Source of the DNA: Octopus vulgaris
Taxonomy: Eukaryota
Reading direction: 5' to 3'
NCBI GenBank assembly: GCA_951406725.2
Contig: OX597831.1
Location: forward strand, 83,204,001 to 83,268,000
Length of the DNA stretch: 64,000 nucleotides
Below are positions 38,141 through 55,008 of the stretch, piece after piece (positions within the stretch are counted from its first letter, which is position 1; each line of letters opens with the position of its first letter). Made by a program: the position numbers and the translations under genes. Under the pieces are notes generated by a model. That model did no database searches and was not told the DNA's origin. It saw only the letters and a list, made by a program, of their open reading frames with translations.

Positions 38141-39799
38141 ATTGACAGTAAAATTACGTATATATATACAGGCATAGCCACAGCATGGCCACAGTCTCAT
38201 GACTGAAACCAGTAAAAGAAAACATATATATATATATATATATATATAGTGAGAGAGAGGTCTTTTGAGTAAAATGTGCTTGGCCCAGTGGGTAGAGTTT
38301 TGGGCTCATAATCTCAATGCCATGAGTTCAACTCCTAAACCAAGCAATGAGTATCCTTGAGTAAAGCACTTCATTTGACACAACTCCAGTTTACTCAAGA
38401 ATGAATAAGTCCCACCCCAGAGCATGTGTCGCCCACCACCACCTCTCTCCTTCTCTCTAGCTGTCACCTCCTCCATAGTTCTGTTATGTCAAAAAAGAGT
38501 GGAACGTTCATGAATATATTAACCACCTAAAACAAAAACAATCAGCAAAAACATGGTACCTGCTTCCAGGTAAGCTTTACCTGTGTGTGGTGGCTAAGAT
38601 GATGTTCTGAATTGAGACATCAAAATTTCAGTAGAATTAAACATAATCTAAAGGAGCAAAAAATTTCAATTTATCAAAAAGAGACAAAAAACTTTTGTAC
38701 TGCATCAATAGTTCCTTGTTTCTTGTGTTGCCACACCTAAATTATGCGATTCTAGCTTGGAAGAATAAGAACAAACTGCTACTAAAATGCACTGAAAATC
38801 TTGAGAAAATGGTTTTAAAGATGGCACACTCAATATACTACTACTGCTACTACTACTACTACTACTAATAATAATAATAACGACACCAGCAGTTACCCTG
38901 AACTACTGATGTAGCCTGATATTCTGGTTTTAAAAGGTTCGTATAACATCAACGTAACTTTATATATGCCTTCATTGATAATAAATTAGCAAAATCTTTT
39001 GATAAAATGACTGGCAGGGCTGTCTTAATTGTTGACTGGTTAAATAATAGGCAATAAAATATATATTGAATGCTTCATTTAGTTGTGTCATCAGAATATT
39101 TCTCCCCAAACCCATCTTTGCGTGGGTGTGAAGTAACAACTCTGTAATTGTAGGATGATTAGTGAATGTCTTTTTAAGAGAGAGAAAAACACTGAAAGAA
39201 GATGCAGTAAACAAACAAGGCAGAACAGGGTCTGTACTAAAAGTACTAAAAGTACTGCCTTGCTTGAAATTTATGCTTTCCTAATTCAAAGATAGGGGAA
39301 ATGTCTGTTTAAAAACATCTGATCCAGGCTGGAAATGCAGAAAAATTTAGTTTCTCAATTTCTTTTTATTTTCTATTCTTTTTCACGTGGTTTATGTATA
39401 TTTATTCTTCTTTTCTAAATATCTTTTTAAGGTTATAACTAACTTTTTAAAATTTTCTAGAAATATTTCCCAAGGGTATTTTACTGTTATTTTCAGTTAG
39501 TTTTAACTGCATTCAATGTTATTTCCTAAATACAGATGTTCTGAAAGACAGAATCAAGAACATTTCTTCACTTTATTCCATCAAAAATAAAACTTTAAAT
39601 GTCACACAACAGTTGCTGAGAGTAAATCTCTGCCAATTACATTTAATTGACTATGATAACTAAAACAAAATCTACCGAACAATGTAAACTTGTATATATA
39701 TATATATTCTTGAGCCAACTTAGATATGTAAACAAATAAAAAATATTTGTGTACCATCGTTGGTTTGAAATAAATGAAATGAATTGCTTTCTTAAATAT

Positions 39800-39830
<31 letters not shown>

Positions 39831-39831
<1 letters not shown>

Positions 39832-40020
39832 GAATCGCTAGCTTCTGCACGCATTTATTTTCTCTCCTTGTTTCTTTTCTGTGTATCTTTCTGTCGAAGA
39901 GCGTAGGCTCGAAACGTAAAAGACTTGTTCTATTTCTATTCCTGAGCGCCATACTAATACAATTGTTTGTTTGTACTCCACCTGCCTTCGTCTTTTGTTT
40001 ATTTTCATAAAGCTTCCCGT
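39831..40020 (+). mobile_element. Penelope-like pseudo-LTR fragment containing a hammerhead-like motif
   Basis: About 190-bp insert between two (AT)n tracts containing TCTTT-CTGTCGAA-GAGC-GTAG-GCTC-GAAAC-GTA-AAAGA. Confidence 0.6.
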
Positions 40021-40065
<45 letters not shown>

Positions 40066-40989
40066 TTATTATTTGATCATCATTTAACATCTGTTTTATA
40101 TGCTGGCATGGGTTGGATAATTTAACTGGAACTGACAGACCAGAGTATTGTGCCAAGCTCTATAATCTGCTTTGGCATTGTTCTATGCAGCTGGATGCTC
40201 TTGCTAACACACACACACACACATGCCAGTTTTTAAAAGGATAAAATGTAATGGTCTCACGAGTAGTAGTAGTAGTAGTATGGGGAAATATGCTGTAACA
40301 GCACACAACCAGATCCACCATTTGTGAGTGTTTCCCTCCTACTTGTGAGAGATGATGTCTTTGCACCACTCAGGCAACAACCCTCCAGCCAATGGGTCTG
40401 TTGGGTAGTTGTTGCTAGTGAGGGTTTGATGTGGTCGAGTGCAAATCCTACCTCAGCCTCTTTTAGTCACCTTTTATGACAAGCAGAGGAAGTGCTAGGT
40501 CTATTCACTGATATTTGAAAATACCATTCTTTTGTCCTACAGCTGTTCCCACAACTAAGATACAAATACCAGCCATACAAAGACACACATCAAACAAATT
40601 AAGATACACCTACTGACATTTAAAAAATGCTTAACTTTACAGTCCAAATTTTACTGTGACAATCAGTATATAAGAAACAAGACAAATGCCAAATATATTC
40701 AATTCAATTCTTAAAAATGAGTTTGCAAAAGTCTAGAAATGTTGGATGTAGATTGACAAACTGTACTATTCCAAACAAATGGTAAAAGGTGAAAAGAAAA
40801 TACGAAAAATCCCAAAATATAAAAGATAAAACTTCAACACAGGCATGTATTAAATGAAACAGATGCACATATTATGGGGGATGAGTGCACATATTTATAC
40901 ACACACACACACATTGCACTACTGAAGAAAGCCTTCCCAGTAGGGAATCAGATTCCAGTCTCCCACATGAGAAGCAGATTATATATACA

Positions 40990-43158
<2,169 letters not shown>

Positions 43159-43203
43159 ATATATATACATATACATATATATATACATATATATGTATAT
43201 ATA

Positions 43204-43241
<38 letters not shown>

Positions 43242-43282
43242 TCATCATCATCAACGATGATGATGATGATGATGATGATATA

Positions 43283-43336
<54 letters not shown>

Positions 43337-43606
43337 TATATACATATATATATACATACATATATATACATATATATATACATACATATATACATACATA
43401 TATATACATATATATATACATACATATATATACATATATATATACATATATATACATATATATATACATATATATATACATACATATATATATACATATA
43501 TATATACATACATATATATACATATATATACATATATATATACATATATATATATACATATATATATATATACATATACATATATATATATACAGATATA
43601 TACATA

Positions 43607-43638
<32 letters not shown>

Positions 43639-43689
43639 CATACATATATACATATATACATACATATATATACATATATACACATATAC

Positions 43690-43726
<37 letters not shown>

Positions 43727-44117
43727 CATACATATATATATATACATATATACATATATACATACATATATATATATATACATATATATATACATACATA
43801 TATATATATACATATATACATACATATATATATATATACATATATACATACATATATATATATACATATATACATACATATATATATATATACATACATA
43901 TATATATATATACATATATATATATACATACATATATATATATATATACATACATATATATATATACATACATATATATATATACATACATATATATATA
44001 TACATACATATATATATATATACATACATATATATATATACATATATATATATACATACATATATATATATACATACATATATATATATATATACATACA
44101 TATATATATATACATAC

Positions 44118-44148
<31 letters not shown>

Positions 44149-44185
44149 CATACATATATATATATATACATACATATATATATAC

Positions 44186-44240
<55 letters not shown>

Positions 44241-44312
44241 CATACATATATATATATATATACATACATATATATATATACATACATACATATATATATA
44301 CATACATACATA

Positions 44313-44353
<41 letters not shown>

Positions 44354-44355
44354 AC

Positions 44356-44389
<34 letters not shown>

Positions 44390-44419
44390 ACATACATATA
44401 CATATATACATACATATAT

Positions 44420-44456
<37 letters not shown>

Positions 44457-44465
44457 ACATACATA

Positions 44466-44499
<34 letters not shown>

Positions 44500-44527
44500 C
44501 ATACATACATATATATATATACATACA

Positions 44528-44561
<34 letters not shown>

Positions 44562-44577
44562 CATATATATACATATT

Positions 44578-44645
<68 letters not shown>

Positions 44646-44650
44646 CACAC
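43159..44650. repeat. About 1.5-kb (AT)n/(ATAC)n compound microsatellite
   Basis: Direct; short (CAT)/(GAT) block at 43239-43279. Confidence 0.97.
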
Positions 44651-46124
44651 TTATATTCATATATCAATGCACATATACATGTAGGTGAAATAAACTTCAG
44701 AGGTGCTTTGTTCCAGGCAGAAACTGCAGGGCTACTCATTTACAAGCTCTTCAAAGGCCATTGCAATGCTGGAAACCCCTTTGTATCATCAGCAGAGATC
44801 TCAGGGTCACAAGAATTTTGACCCTGAAATAATGGCTGACAATACAGAAGGGTTTCCAGCATTATATATGTATATGTATGTATGTGTGTGTGTATGTATA
44901 TATATATGGTTGGTTCCCACTTACAGAAACCATGCCAAAACAGACTGCAGTCTGTTGCAGCGTTCCAGCTTGCCAGCCCTGGTCAAACCATCCAACCCAT
45001 GCCAGCATGGACAACAATTAATAAAGAATGTTGCCACAGGTGCACAATGTCTGACGAAGGTATGTACAGGTAGCACTAACCCCTAATACCAGACTGACTA
45101 GTATTTATTTGATAAATCCCTTAAAGGATAGCTGTAAGAGTGACCCTGGGTAGGAGTTGATGTCAAAAAATATAAGAAAAAAAACAAGTCTGGCCGTAGA
45201 ATGTCTTTATTTAGCACCAACCTGCCAATCTGCATAATTAAAATAACGAATGATATCAAAGTTTGGCACTAAACCAAGCATATTTGTAGTCAATACTAAT
45301 ACAGTCCTGGTATTTATTTTATTGACACTAGAAGGATGAAAGGTAAAGCCCTATCTTGGTGAGATTTGAACCAACAATGGAACTTAACTAAATACATCAA
45401 GGTATTTTTTCTGGCACTTTACCAATATTGCCAACCACTGCCATCATAACAATAATAATATCTTTTAGTGGAACCTTTACTGCTTTTCCAATATTTATTT
45501 CTCCAACAACTAATAAAGAATATAGAAATATACCTAGAGTTTTTGATGAATTGTTATTATCATTATTATTATTATTATTATTATTATTAGTATGGTTGCT
45601 GTTAGTGGAATAAATTTTCAGACTGATAGATTTATCTTTTATGTTGTGGCAGTAGTGGGGTGGGGTAGGGTTTCCAAAATGTTCCAAACAGTTTGATCTT
45701 TCCTTCCTATCATGAAAATAAAAATAATACACCACCATATGATAAGTTTTCCATTATGGACGATTTATGGAATATAAAACAGACTTCATACAACACAGAG
45801 AATTCAGTCAGGAGGTCCAGGCATAGCTATCTGGTTAAGAACTTCACATGGCAACCATGTGGTGTGAGGTTCAAACCATGTGCATTGAACTTTAAGCAAA
45901 GGTTTTTAACCCTAACCTCACATTGACCACTAACTTCGGAATGGAATTAGGTAAAAGCAAACTGTGTCAAAGCCTACTGTGTATGTATGTGTGTGAAATT
46001 GTTATAATTTTTTGAAGACAAGGGAAGAACATATCTTGTGTGGGATTTCTCTGTATGTCCCTTTGTTGTCCTTCTGTGTAAGTTTTTAAAATCTTACATA
46101 CATACATTATATATATATAATCTG

Positions 46125-46318
46125 AGATCCCCTTCGGTCATGACACTGACCATGGGATTGCACCTAGAAAGTTACCCTCCCAGGCACAAGTCCAGGCAAG
46201 GTTGTTTATGGAAGACCAGCAGTCGCCCATACATACCAACCTCCCCTCTCCACACCACCAGTGTTATCCAATGCAAAGGCAAGGGCTGATACGCTCTAAC
46301 CACTAAGCCATGCGCCTT

Positions 46319-46320
<2 letters not shown>
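46125..46320 (-). mobile_element. SINE-like family C, copy with head but internal deletion
   Basis: 46125-46292 matches 2046-2212; joined to a tRNA-like head (GGCGCATGGCTTAGTGGTTAGAGC on the minus strand). Confidence 0.75.
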
Positions 46321-46370
<50 letters not shown>

Positions 46371-46424
46371 AAACCTTTTCATCATCACCTCTTCTGGTAC
46401 CACCTCCCCTGTTAAAAGTTTTTG

Positions 46425-46635
46425 TCTTGCAAGTACTTGGTGACCCTGTCAGTGCAGGTGCCACTTAAAAGCACCCAGTTCACACTGCTGAGTGGTTGGT
46501 GTTAGGAAAGACATCCAGCTGTAAAAATCCAAAACAGTCACAGAAGTCTGGTGCAGGCATCATCCTGGCCAGCTCTCATGGTACTGTTCCACCCATGCTA
46601 GCATGGAACACAGACGTTAAATGATGATGATGATA
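46425..46635 (+). mobile_element. Repeat family D
   Basis: GTGGTTGGTGTTAGGAAAGACATCCAGCTGT...CCCATGCTAGCATGGAAC..GACGTTAAATGATGATGAT. Confidence 0.8.
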
Positions 46636-47639
46636 ATACACACACACACACATCAAAATTTTATAAAAGCCAGTAAGATCTAATAACCTTGAAGAGATCA
46701 TAAAGTACATGCACCAGTGTAAAATATTTAATGGTCAATTTAACAGGAAAAGGACACTGAATGATAGAGTTTCCTTCCTTGAAACTGTTTCAGCCAAGTG
46801 TCCCCACCAGTATCACGCTGGAGCTCTCAATGGTAACCACATGATTTTATTTAATGGAGCTAAATTATAAATTTAAACAATATCTTAATTATTGACATAA
46901 GAAATTGCTGTTAACTGAAGAATTTCGAGTTCATGTAAACTCCATGAAACAAAATCAATCCTAGTGGCACAGGTTCTATCTTCCTACACGTGACAGCTTG
47001 TTGTTGTTTAGTCCCCTACCCCACCCCCAGAATCTGTAATCGGAATGTCATGAACACATCATTTAGATAAATTATTCATTACAATAACAAACTCTTCCTG
47101 CTGTAGACATCTCTTTGTTAACAACCGTTAAGTGCTTGTCTGGTCAACAGAAATTTCAGTTAATCAAGTCAACTCAAACAAATAACAACCAACATGGAGA
47201 AAGATGGCATCGGAAAATCCTTCACATCATAATTACTTTGAACATAATTGCTATCTACGGTCAGGTATGAGCAGTCAAGTACAGTCGACTGGAAGCATTG
47301 AACAGTTTCCATACACATCGGCACACCGACATCGTATTTAACAAAGATAGGCAAACAGATGCTGCACAGAGAGAAAAATGAAGCTGGGGAGTGCGCGGGG
47401 GGGGGGGGCGTATACAGAAGTAGAAAGAAGAGAACAGTAAATAGAGGAGTAGGGAAATGCATAAATAAATAAATACTCTTTTATATACAAAGGAAATATA
47501 CTCCTTTGTAAAAAGAGTATTCAATCTAATGATATAGGTCGTGAACATAGGGAGTACAGGATACCAAACTGTGAACACAATCAGTAAGTTGTGTGTTTAA
47601 TACACCTCAATGTGGTTGTTATTATCTTCAGTTTTTTTT

Positions 47640-47945
47640 TCTTGTTTCAGTCATTAGATTGTAGCCATGGTGAGGCACCATCCTGAACAATTTTAATCAA
47701 ACGAATCGCCCCTACTATTTATTATTTTTTGGTAAGGCCTGGTACTTATTCGATCAGTCTCTTTTGCTGAACCACTAACACTTGCACAAATACATGACAG
47801 GCTTCTTTCAGTTTCCATCTACCAAATCCACTCATAAGGCTTTGGTCAGCTGAAGGCTATAGTAGAAGACACTTGCCCAAGGTGTCGTTCAGTGAGATTG
47901 AACCCAAAACCATGGTTAGGCAGCAAACCTCTTGCCATACAGCCA
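47640..47945 (-). mobile_element. SINE family A
   Basis: Reverse complement matches 11496-11900. Confidence 0.85.
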
Positions 47946-49039
47946 CCCCACTGTACTGTGTATGTTCTATTAATGTTCAAGTTTGTTATGTCACCATGAC
48001 ACAAGGAATTCATTCCTTGTTTGAAAGGAATATTTAATTTCTTCACTTGTTGAATCATACTATTTTTGGTAAGGGTCAGTTTAATTATGTACAAGGATTG
48101 GATGACTGACCTTCTTTTGGATTATCAGTTAATTATGGATAATCACCAAATGGATAAAATGAACAAACAAACAAGTTTTGTATGAAGACTCATGTATAAT
48201 GAATTAGGGACTGGTGGGTGGATGTTTAGCCGAGTATATTTGGAGTTCCACTGCAGCCCTCTCTCTCTCTCTCTCTCTCTCTCCCTCTTCCTCTCTCTCT
48301 CTCAATAGATAAACAACACTCTTAATGTTGTGATTAATTCAAATGATGATAACCCACCCTACCACACCACCACCACCACTCTCCATTTAAAAATTGTTGT
48401 TTGTGGTGAGTCATAAAAAATGATAATCAATCTAGATGGTTTATTATCTATAAATATTATTCATTATAAATGGTAACAGAATTGTGGACAAAGAAATTAT
48501 GCAAACAACAATAATTAAATAACGGGGAATTGTGAAGAATGATTATTTATAAATGGTTAAATCTACACATTGACTAATTAAGTGAAGACAAATTTAGTTT
48601 AGTTTTATTGAATGTAAAGAGATAAATAATTAACAGCATTGCTGTTGTAAGGCTTTCAATTTCTGTTAAGGTTTTCAAGGTAACCTTATCATCAGATGGA
48701 ATGGCCTTATTGATTGTTCCTCACTTCTGGGAATAATTCTTTTATATTGTAAAAGATGGAAATCTCACCAACATTCTTCATTTCAGAAATGTTGAGACAT
48801 CTATAAAACAAAATAATTGCTGTAATTTAGTTTTATCCCTCTTTGTTTTTAAGTTCAGAATCTGAGTCACTTCTACATTTCACTCTCCTGGATCAATAAA
48901 ATTAATAACAATAAAAGGATCCGTTGCTATTTTTGTGCTGGATTAAAATATCAGAATAAATAGTGAATGGTTTTTTTTATATTCTGGGTTCAAATCTCAC
49001 TAAGGTCAATTTTATTTTTCATCCTTTCATAAGTGTAAT

Positions 49040-49395
49040 CATGGCTGTGTGATAAGGAGTTTGCTTCCCAACCATTCAGGGTTCAGGGTTCAGTCCCACG
49101 TCATGGTACCTGGGGAAAATATCTGCTACTGTAGCCTCAGGCCAACCAAAGCCTAGTGAGTTGATTTATTGATGGAAACTGAAAGAAGCCTGTCGCATAT
49201 GTATGTGTTTCTCCTCCACCACTGTTTGACAACCAGTGTTGATTTGTTTACACCCTTAACTTAGTAGTTCAGCAAAAGAGACCAATAGAATAAGTACCAG
49301 GCTTCATATATATACTGGAGCCAATTTATTCCACTAAAAACTTCCCCAAGGTGGTGCCCCAGCATGGTCACAGTCAAATGACAGAAACAAGAAAA
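49040..49395 (+). mobile_element. SINE family A
   Basis: Collinear; tail GGTGGTGCCCCAGCATGGTCACAGTCAAATGAC. Confidence 0.85.
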
Positions 49396-50199
49396 AAAAT
49401 ACGGGTTGGCCCTTTTGTGCAAGTTGCCAATCCCATAATTCCAATGTTTTTAGGTAGCAGAGTGTGGGTGTTGTGTTATTATTTGCAAACTGACACATAA
49501 GTTGTTGTTAGGTAAACAAAATCATTAACAACGGTTAACCATTCAATCTATAAGAACCAACATTGATTGTGCACTTTCATATACACCAAGCATCAGTCTA
49601 GGACAATGTTACAGAGCCCATCATGAAATGATGGGTTGTGTTGAAGGAGGAATCCATGATCTTTGCAGGCTTTCCAGGCTGTTTAGGTCGATGTGATTGT
49701 TGGTTTGGAAAACCATAGCTAGGAGAGATCTACAGAAGGTTGCATTCTTGGGTAAAAGGACTTGGAAAAGTGTTTAGTCTGGGTCTGAGGAAGTAGAACT
49801 CAGTAAAGCTGAGATGAAAGGGTGTTGGTGGAGGAGAGGCCACTCGTGGTGGCATGTAAGTTGGTAGTAAAAACATTTTGGTATGTGCTTAATTGGTAAT
49901 CAGTAAAGAGTTCTGTTTCAGTCAGCCCAAATGACAGCTGTTTGGTTGTCAAAGTGGTAGAAGGTGGCTGCAGTAGAAGAGACATGATGGAATTGGTTGT
50001 TGTGAGAACTCTGGTTAAAAATAAAAATCTATTTTAATTTTGTGTTTCATCTTATATGGAAGTGCTCAGCAACTCACCTCAAAACTTTTCTCTACCGAAA
50101 CAACTTCTTATTCCTAACTCTACTTTAGTCTCATCTCTTTTATTCTTTCCTTTCTGATTTTATTCTTTTCCATAGAAGCAGTTATTACTATTGTTGTTG

Positions 50200-50412
50200 T
50201 TGTGAGTTAGCAGAATGGTCAGTATGCTGGTCAAAATGTTTAGTGGCATTTTGTCTGTCTTAACGTTCTGAGTTCAAATTCCATTTAGGTCAACTTTGCC
50301 TTTTATACATTCAGAGTGAATAAAATAAGTACCATTTAAGTCCTGGGGTCGATGTAATCAATTTACCCACTTCCTTGAAATTACTGGCCTTGTGCCAAAA
50401 TTTGAAACCATA
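50200..50412 (+). mobile_element. SINE family B
   Basis: Collinear with 17526-17740. Confidence 0.8.
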
Positions 50413-50714
50413 ATCATTGTTGTTGTTGTTGTTGTTGTAGGCTGGCAGAAAAGTTAGCATGTCAGATCCAACAATAGTAAACTGCTCCAAAACACAGTCA
50501 TTTCATCTTGGGTCTGAAAAATCATTCCATTTTAAATAGTTTGGTTATTCTTGTTGTTATTAACACGAATGAATGTGTTGGGATGATGGGGAGGGAAGAA
50601 TCGGTCGGGTTCCAGACAAAAGAGAGTTTTTCCCTTCATGGGAGGAGTTCTCTAAACTTTGAGTCACAAACACAAATCTTATCCAATAAGAAAAAATAGA
50701 TTTCCCTTGGGTGC

Positions 50715-51075
50715 CAGTATGGTTGTGTAGTTAACAAGTTTCCTTCACAACTTTGTGGTTTCAGGTTCAATATGGCACCGTATGGCACTGTATGGCACCT
50801 TGGATAAATGTCTTCCACTGCAGACCTAGATTATCCATTGCCTTGAAAGTGAACTGAAAGATGGAAACTGTGTAAGCCTATGTGTGCTTTTGTCTCTCAT
50901 TGGTTGAAACTAGTGTTGGTTTGTTTACGTTCCTGTAACTCAGCAGTTTGGCAAAAAGACACTATTAGAATAAGTATCAGAATTACAAATAAGTACTGGG
51001 GTCAATTTGACCAACTGGACTATGTAAGGTGGTGCTCCAGCATGATCACAGACCAGTGAGTGACACAAGTAAAGG
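50715..51075 (+). mobile_element. SINE family A (diverged)
   Basis: Collinear; tail GGTGGTGCTCCAGCATG. Confidence 0.8.
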
Positions 51076-51994
51076 AATAAGTCTCAAATGTTAATATATT
51101 ACAATTTTAGAAATTTGTTTGTTTTTTTTTATTTTCGCTTTTGGGTTTAAATATTGAAAGAAAGGATTGTGGAGAGTTATTGAGTTGAATGTGTTGCAAT
51201 TGTAAAATGGACTTGGAACTATTTTTGATTTCCATTCTGGTTTCAAATCTCATCGAAATCAACTTTATATTCCTCGAAGATGAAGAAGGAACAGAATTAT
51301 CCTGATATGCAATTAAAACAGTTATTCTCATCATGTGTCAAGGGAAGAATTTATTATTCTAAAGAATATTCTAAAAAATTCATTGAGTAATCTCAACAAT
51401 ACCAGTTCCTACGTTTCCTTAAGCCCATACAACAGAGTTAATACCATTTTTATCTAATCAGCTCTATCCATCAATGGGTTATCATCCTACTGAATTCAAG
51501 AAGCTATGTTAGGACTTAAGTTGTGTGCTATAGAACATGCATCAATCATACAAGACTCCCACAGGCTACCAGTAATCATTCAGATTGATTGATTTAGTTG
51601 GCTTTCTTCACCAATTTCTCTAGAATAACATGAGAAGTCAACTACAGTAATGTCTCTAATGAAACGCTCATTAATTTTACAGTGTTCCCACTGCTTCCAA
51701 CTGCACCTGGAAAACAAGCCATTCAAATTTTCATAAAAGAATGACAGTAGATAAATTGTGCCTGTGAGAGCCACAATGAAAGTTCTCTCAAGAGATTTAT
51801 CTGATTTCTAAAGGAAATACAATTTGACAAAATGCACAAGATACTTCCCAAAGATGCTATTATATTTTTATACAACACACTTCCCCTGTTATAGAGATCC
51901 AGGTAGACATATGCCTTTTTAGAAGTAGTTTTTACAGATACTATGCCCAGAATATGTCAAACAGTGCTTATGTATCAGAAATATAGCTGCTTCA

Positions 51995-52204
51995 CCATTT
52001 AGCATTCAGATTACTCTGTTAAATATAATGTCTATTTATTCCCATTGTTTTGAATTAATCATGCATTATCTTGTGGCTTCAAAATTTTGATGATGTGATT
52101 GCTTATTTTAAGAATGACATTGTAGAATAGGTGTGAGAGGCTGGATCTGGCTACCCTGAGCATAAAAGAAGTAGAATATTTGGGCCAGTTTAAATGCTAA
52201 AAGA
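51995..52204. mobile_element. piggyBac-like MITE
   Basis: TTCA-CCATTTAGCATT ... AATGCTAAAAGA-TTAA: degenerate CCCTTTAGCATT TIRs with TTAA-like flanks. Confidence 0.6.
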
Positions 52205-53969
52205 TTAAACTGATAAAAGTGTTGACTAATAACAGCTTAGTCTTGTTAGTAGTAAATAGATGCCATAGAGTGATACAGCTCACAGTGGGAAGTTCATCTC
52301 TTCCCTTAGATAAAGCTTACAGAGATATGGTGGATGGGGAACTATATCAGGCTGAATTATTCTATATAATGACAAATGTCCTGAAGTTATTAAAATTAAT
52401 TGCCTAATTAGTGGATAGTTTTCATCCAAAATATTCATTCACTCACCATAAAGTCTGGTAAGTACAAGTAAGGCTTCACTAAGGAGAACAAGACTGAAAT
52501 ATGTTTAGTGTTATCGCTACATGTCCAAAGATTATACTGACCACTACAGGTATCCATTTAATCTTTAATTAACGTCCATCTTAGATTTGTCAGCCTTGCC
52601 TTCTTTGATAAGAATTAATATAAATGATTTTTCATTCCCTCATGGATATAATTTCAAGCATATGGAGGAGAAGGTGATAGCTGCTATATTAAATTTATAA
52701 AGGAAATCTATTTAAATAGATATCTTATGACCAATGCCAACTGTTTTTTCAGCAGTTTAGCATGTTAGAAAACAACAAAAATATAGTGTATCAATTGGAT
52801 GTCACCTGTTAATTTGGTTAAGGGATAATAAAAATAATTAGCAGACTACATCAACAGAGGCAAGTTTTTATTTTTATCTTTTTTTAAGTTAAGTTTCATC
52901 TCGTCTCGGATTTATTCTGGTGATCTCCTGGCAAATCAATATATCTCTACATTGAACAATATGGCTTCCGTCTATCATTCATCAGGCAGGTTTCCGTATT
53001 GGACATGACGAATAATTTTCAATTTTAGAATATATCTTTCTAGGACATAGAATATGATGATGTATTGAAGAAGTATCACTGCTATGTTGTCCCATAACAC
53101 AGTGAACAGTTTACTCAGAGTCATTGGTAATTCTCCACGTTAGAATGGAAAACGGATAGTTTAGAATAATAAAATCATTAATCATTTAGTTCAGGTGGGA
53201 GAATAATGAGAAAAAGTAGGAATTTGGAGCTGGTAGTTGTTGATGTATTTATTCTTCTGAAGGAATACTACAGTCAATTGTTTGGGCAGACCTGTGGTGG
53301 GGGGGGGGGAACAGAAGTAAAGTAACAATTGTTTGTAAATATAATGCAAGGTAGACAAAGTGAGTCTAGCAACATGCTCCAAATTCCACAACTTACATTA
53401 AGCAACCAAATACCATTTGACAAATATAATCCTAACCAAACAAAATAGGACGGACATACCAAGCTTGCTGGATAAGAAAGTCACCACCAAATATTATTTG
53501 TAAATATAAAGGTTTGATAGATCAAAGGAATTCAAAGACTTGTGATCTTTTTAAAGCTCGATGAGAAAGAAGTCTTATAGTGGAAGAGGTACTAAATCTT
53601 AAATAACTTTTCTAAATGCTCTGATTCCTATTTCCACTTGCCAGTGGACCTGCCATACAAGAGTGGATATAAATATCTATAGGTATCAATTACAATAACC
53701 TCATTTACACATCTTTTCCACACATCCAATGGGACTGATTTACCAAGTTTCATAATGGATCAAGTGAATTTTAATTGTTTGATGCCCAGGGTTGTAGTCC
53801 AATCCCAGATTAATCATTAAACAATATAAGTATGTGCTCAGGGCATTAAAGATTAGGGGAACAACAGAGATTTGATTATGCCTTACTGGATTTACCAAGG
53901 TGAAAACAGCTGAATCAGGACTGCAAAAAAAATATTAAGAATTTCCATTTTCCCCCACCATCGTAATAA

Positions 53970-54270
53970 ATCATCATCATCTTCATTTAGCGTCCGCTTT
54001 CCATGCTAGCATGGGTTGGACGGTTCAACTGGGGTCTGGGAAGCCAGAAGGCTGCACCAGGCCCAGTCTGATCTGGCAATGTTTCTACGGCTGGATGCTC
54101 TTCCTAACGCCAACCACTCCGTGAGTGTAGTGGGTGCTTTTTATGTGCCACCAGCACAGCTGCCAGACGGCCATGGTTGGATGGTGCTTTTTATGTGCCA
54201 CCGGCACGGGGGCCAGGTGAGGCTGGCAACGGCCACAATCGGATGGTGCTTTTTACATGCCACCGGCACG
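53970..54270 (-). mobile_element. Repeat family D, well preserved, with three GGTGCTTTTTA(T/C)(G/A)TGCCACC units
   Basis: CpG-retaining copy; (CAT)n end; matches 40990-41146. Confidence 0.85.
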
Positions 54271-55008
54271 ATAAATAATTTGTTTATATTGATTACTGCT
54301 ACATAATGATAAACAGGGATAAGTGGGTCCCCCATACAGCCAAGTGTGTAACTGTGGACAATGAGTGGAGAAATGGCGAGTTAGGTTGCTGTCTAGGAGT
54401 AATTTTTGGTATAAATGGAAGAAATCAGTGAAATGGTTGATGAGTATTACTGACCAACTTTGAGCAGACTTAATCTGATGCTGGATTAAATGGTGAAGTA
54501 AGCAGCCTATAAAGAATATAGATGAAGGAAAATATCTCAGGAAACATACTGTATATTACATAGAGTTTCAAACATATGCTAAATACAAATAGAACAAGGT
54601 CTTACACATGTAATGCAAGGTGAAAACTTCGCTAGTTTGTAGATATAAAATGTTTACCTGTCTGTTGTTTAGGTCAAATAATTCAGTGTAATCAATGTGT
54701 ATTAGGATACAGTAGAGAGTTAAGAAAGCCATGTTGTCAGGAATAGAATGGGGAGCACCCATGGCTATGTCTTTGTGGGACATTTTCTTTTGATTTTGTT
54801 TTAGGGTCAGAGTAGTGATAAGAGGTTATCTTCAAACTAGAGAACTTACAACAGAGTGAACTCTACAAAAGATACCTAAGGACCAGGAGGAAATGTTAAA
54901 ACGGGTGACAGATTAAGTTTACAGTTCAGAAACTCAAAACTGGCTGAAAGTTGGGATAATTACACAGATTTTTTAAATAAGGACTCTGAGGGTCCTAATA
55001 TATAAGTA

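Noticed and set aside
48725-48800. Possible 76-nt minus-strand exon (TTTTATAG ... GTGAGG)
   Set aside because: Splice-like motifs are common in AT-rich DNA and the peptide is unrecognisable.
49800-49985. FGLTETE resembling a GIY-YIG second motif
   Set aside because: Too weak without supporting motifs.
54130-54270. Three spaced 20-bp direct repeats resembling a CRISPR array
   Set aside because: They lie inside a eukaryotic interspersed repeat, the spacers are related to each other, and there are no cas genes.
54568-54783. IAMGAP resembling the Penelope RT GxAMG motif
   Set aside because: Single degenerate motif; cannot be supported without a profile search.
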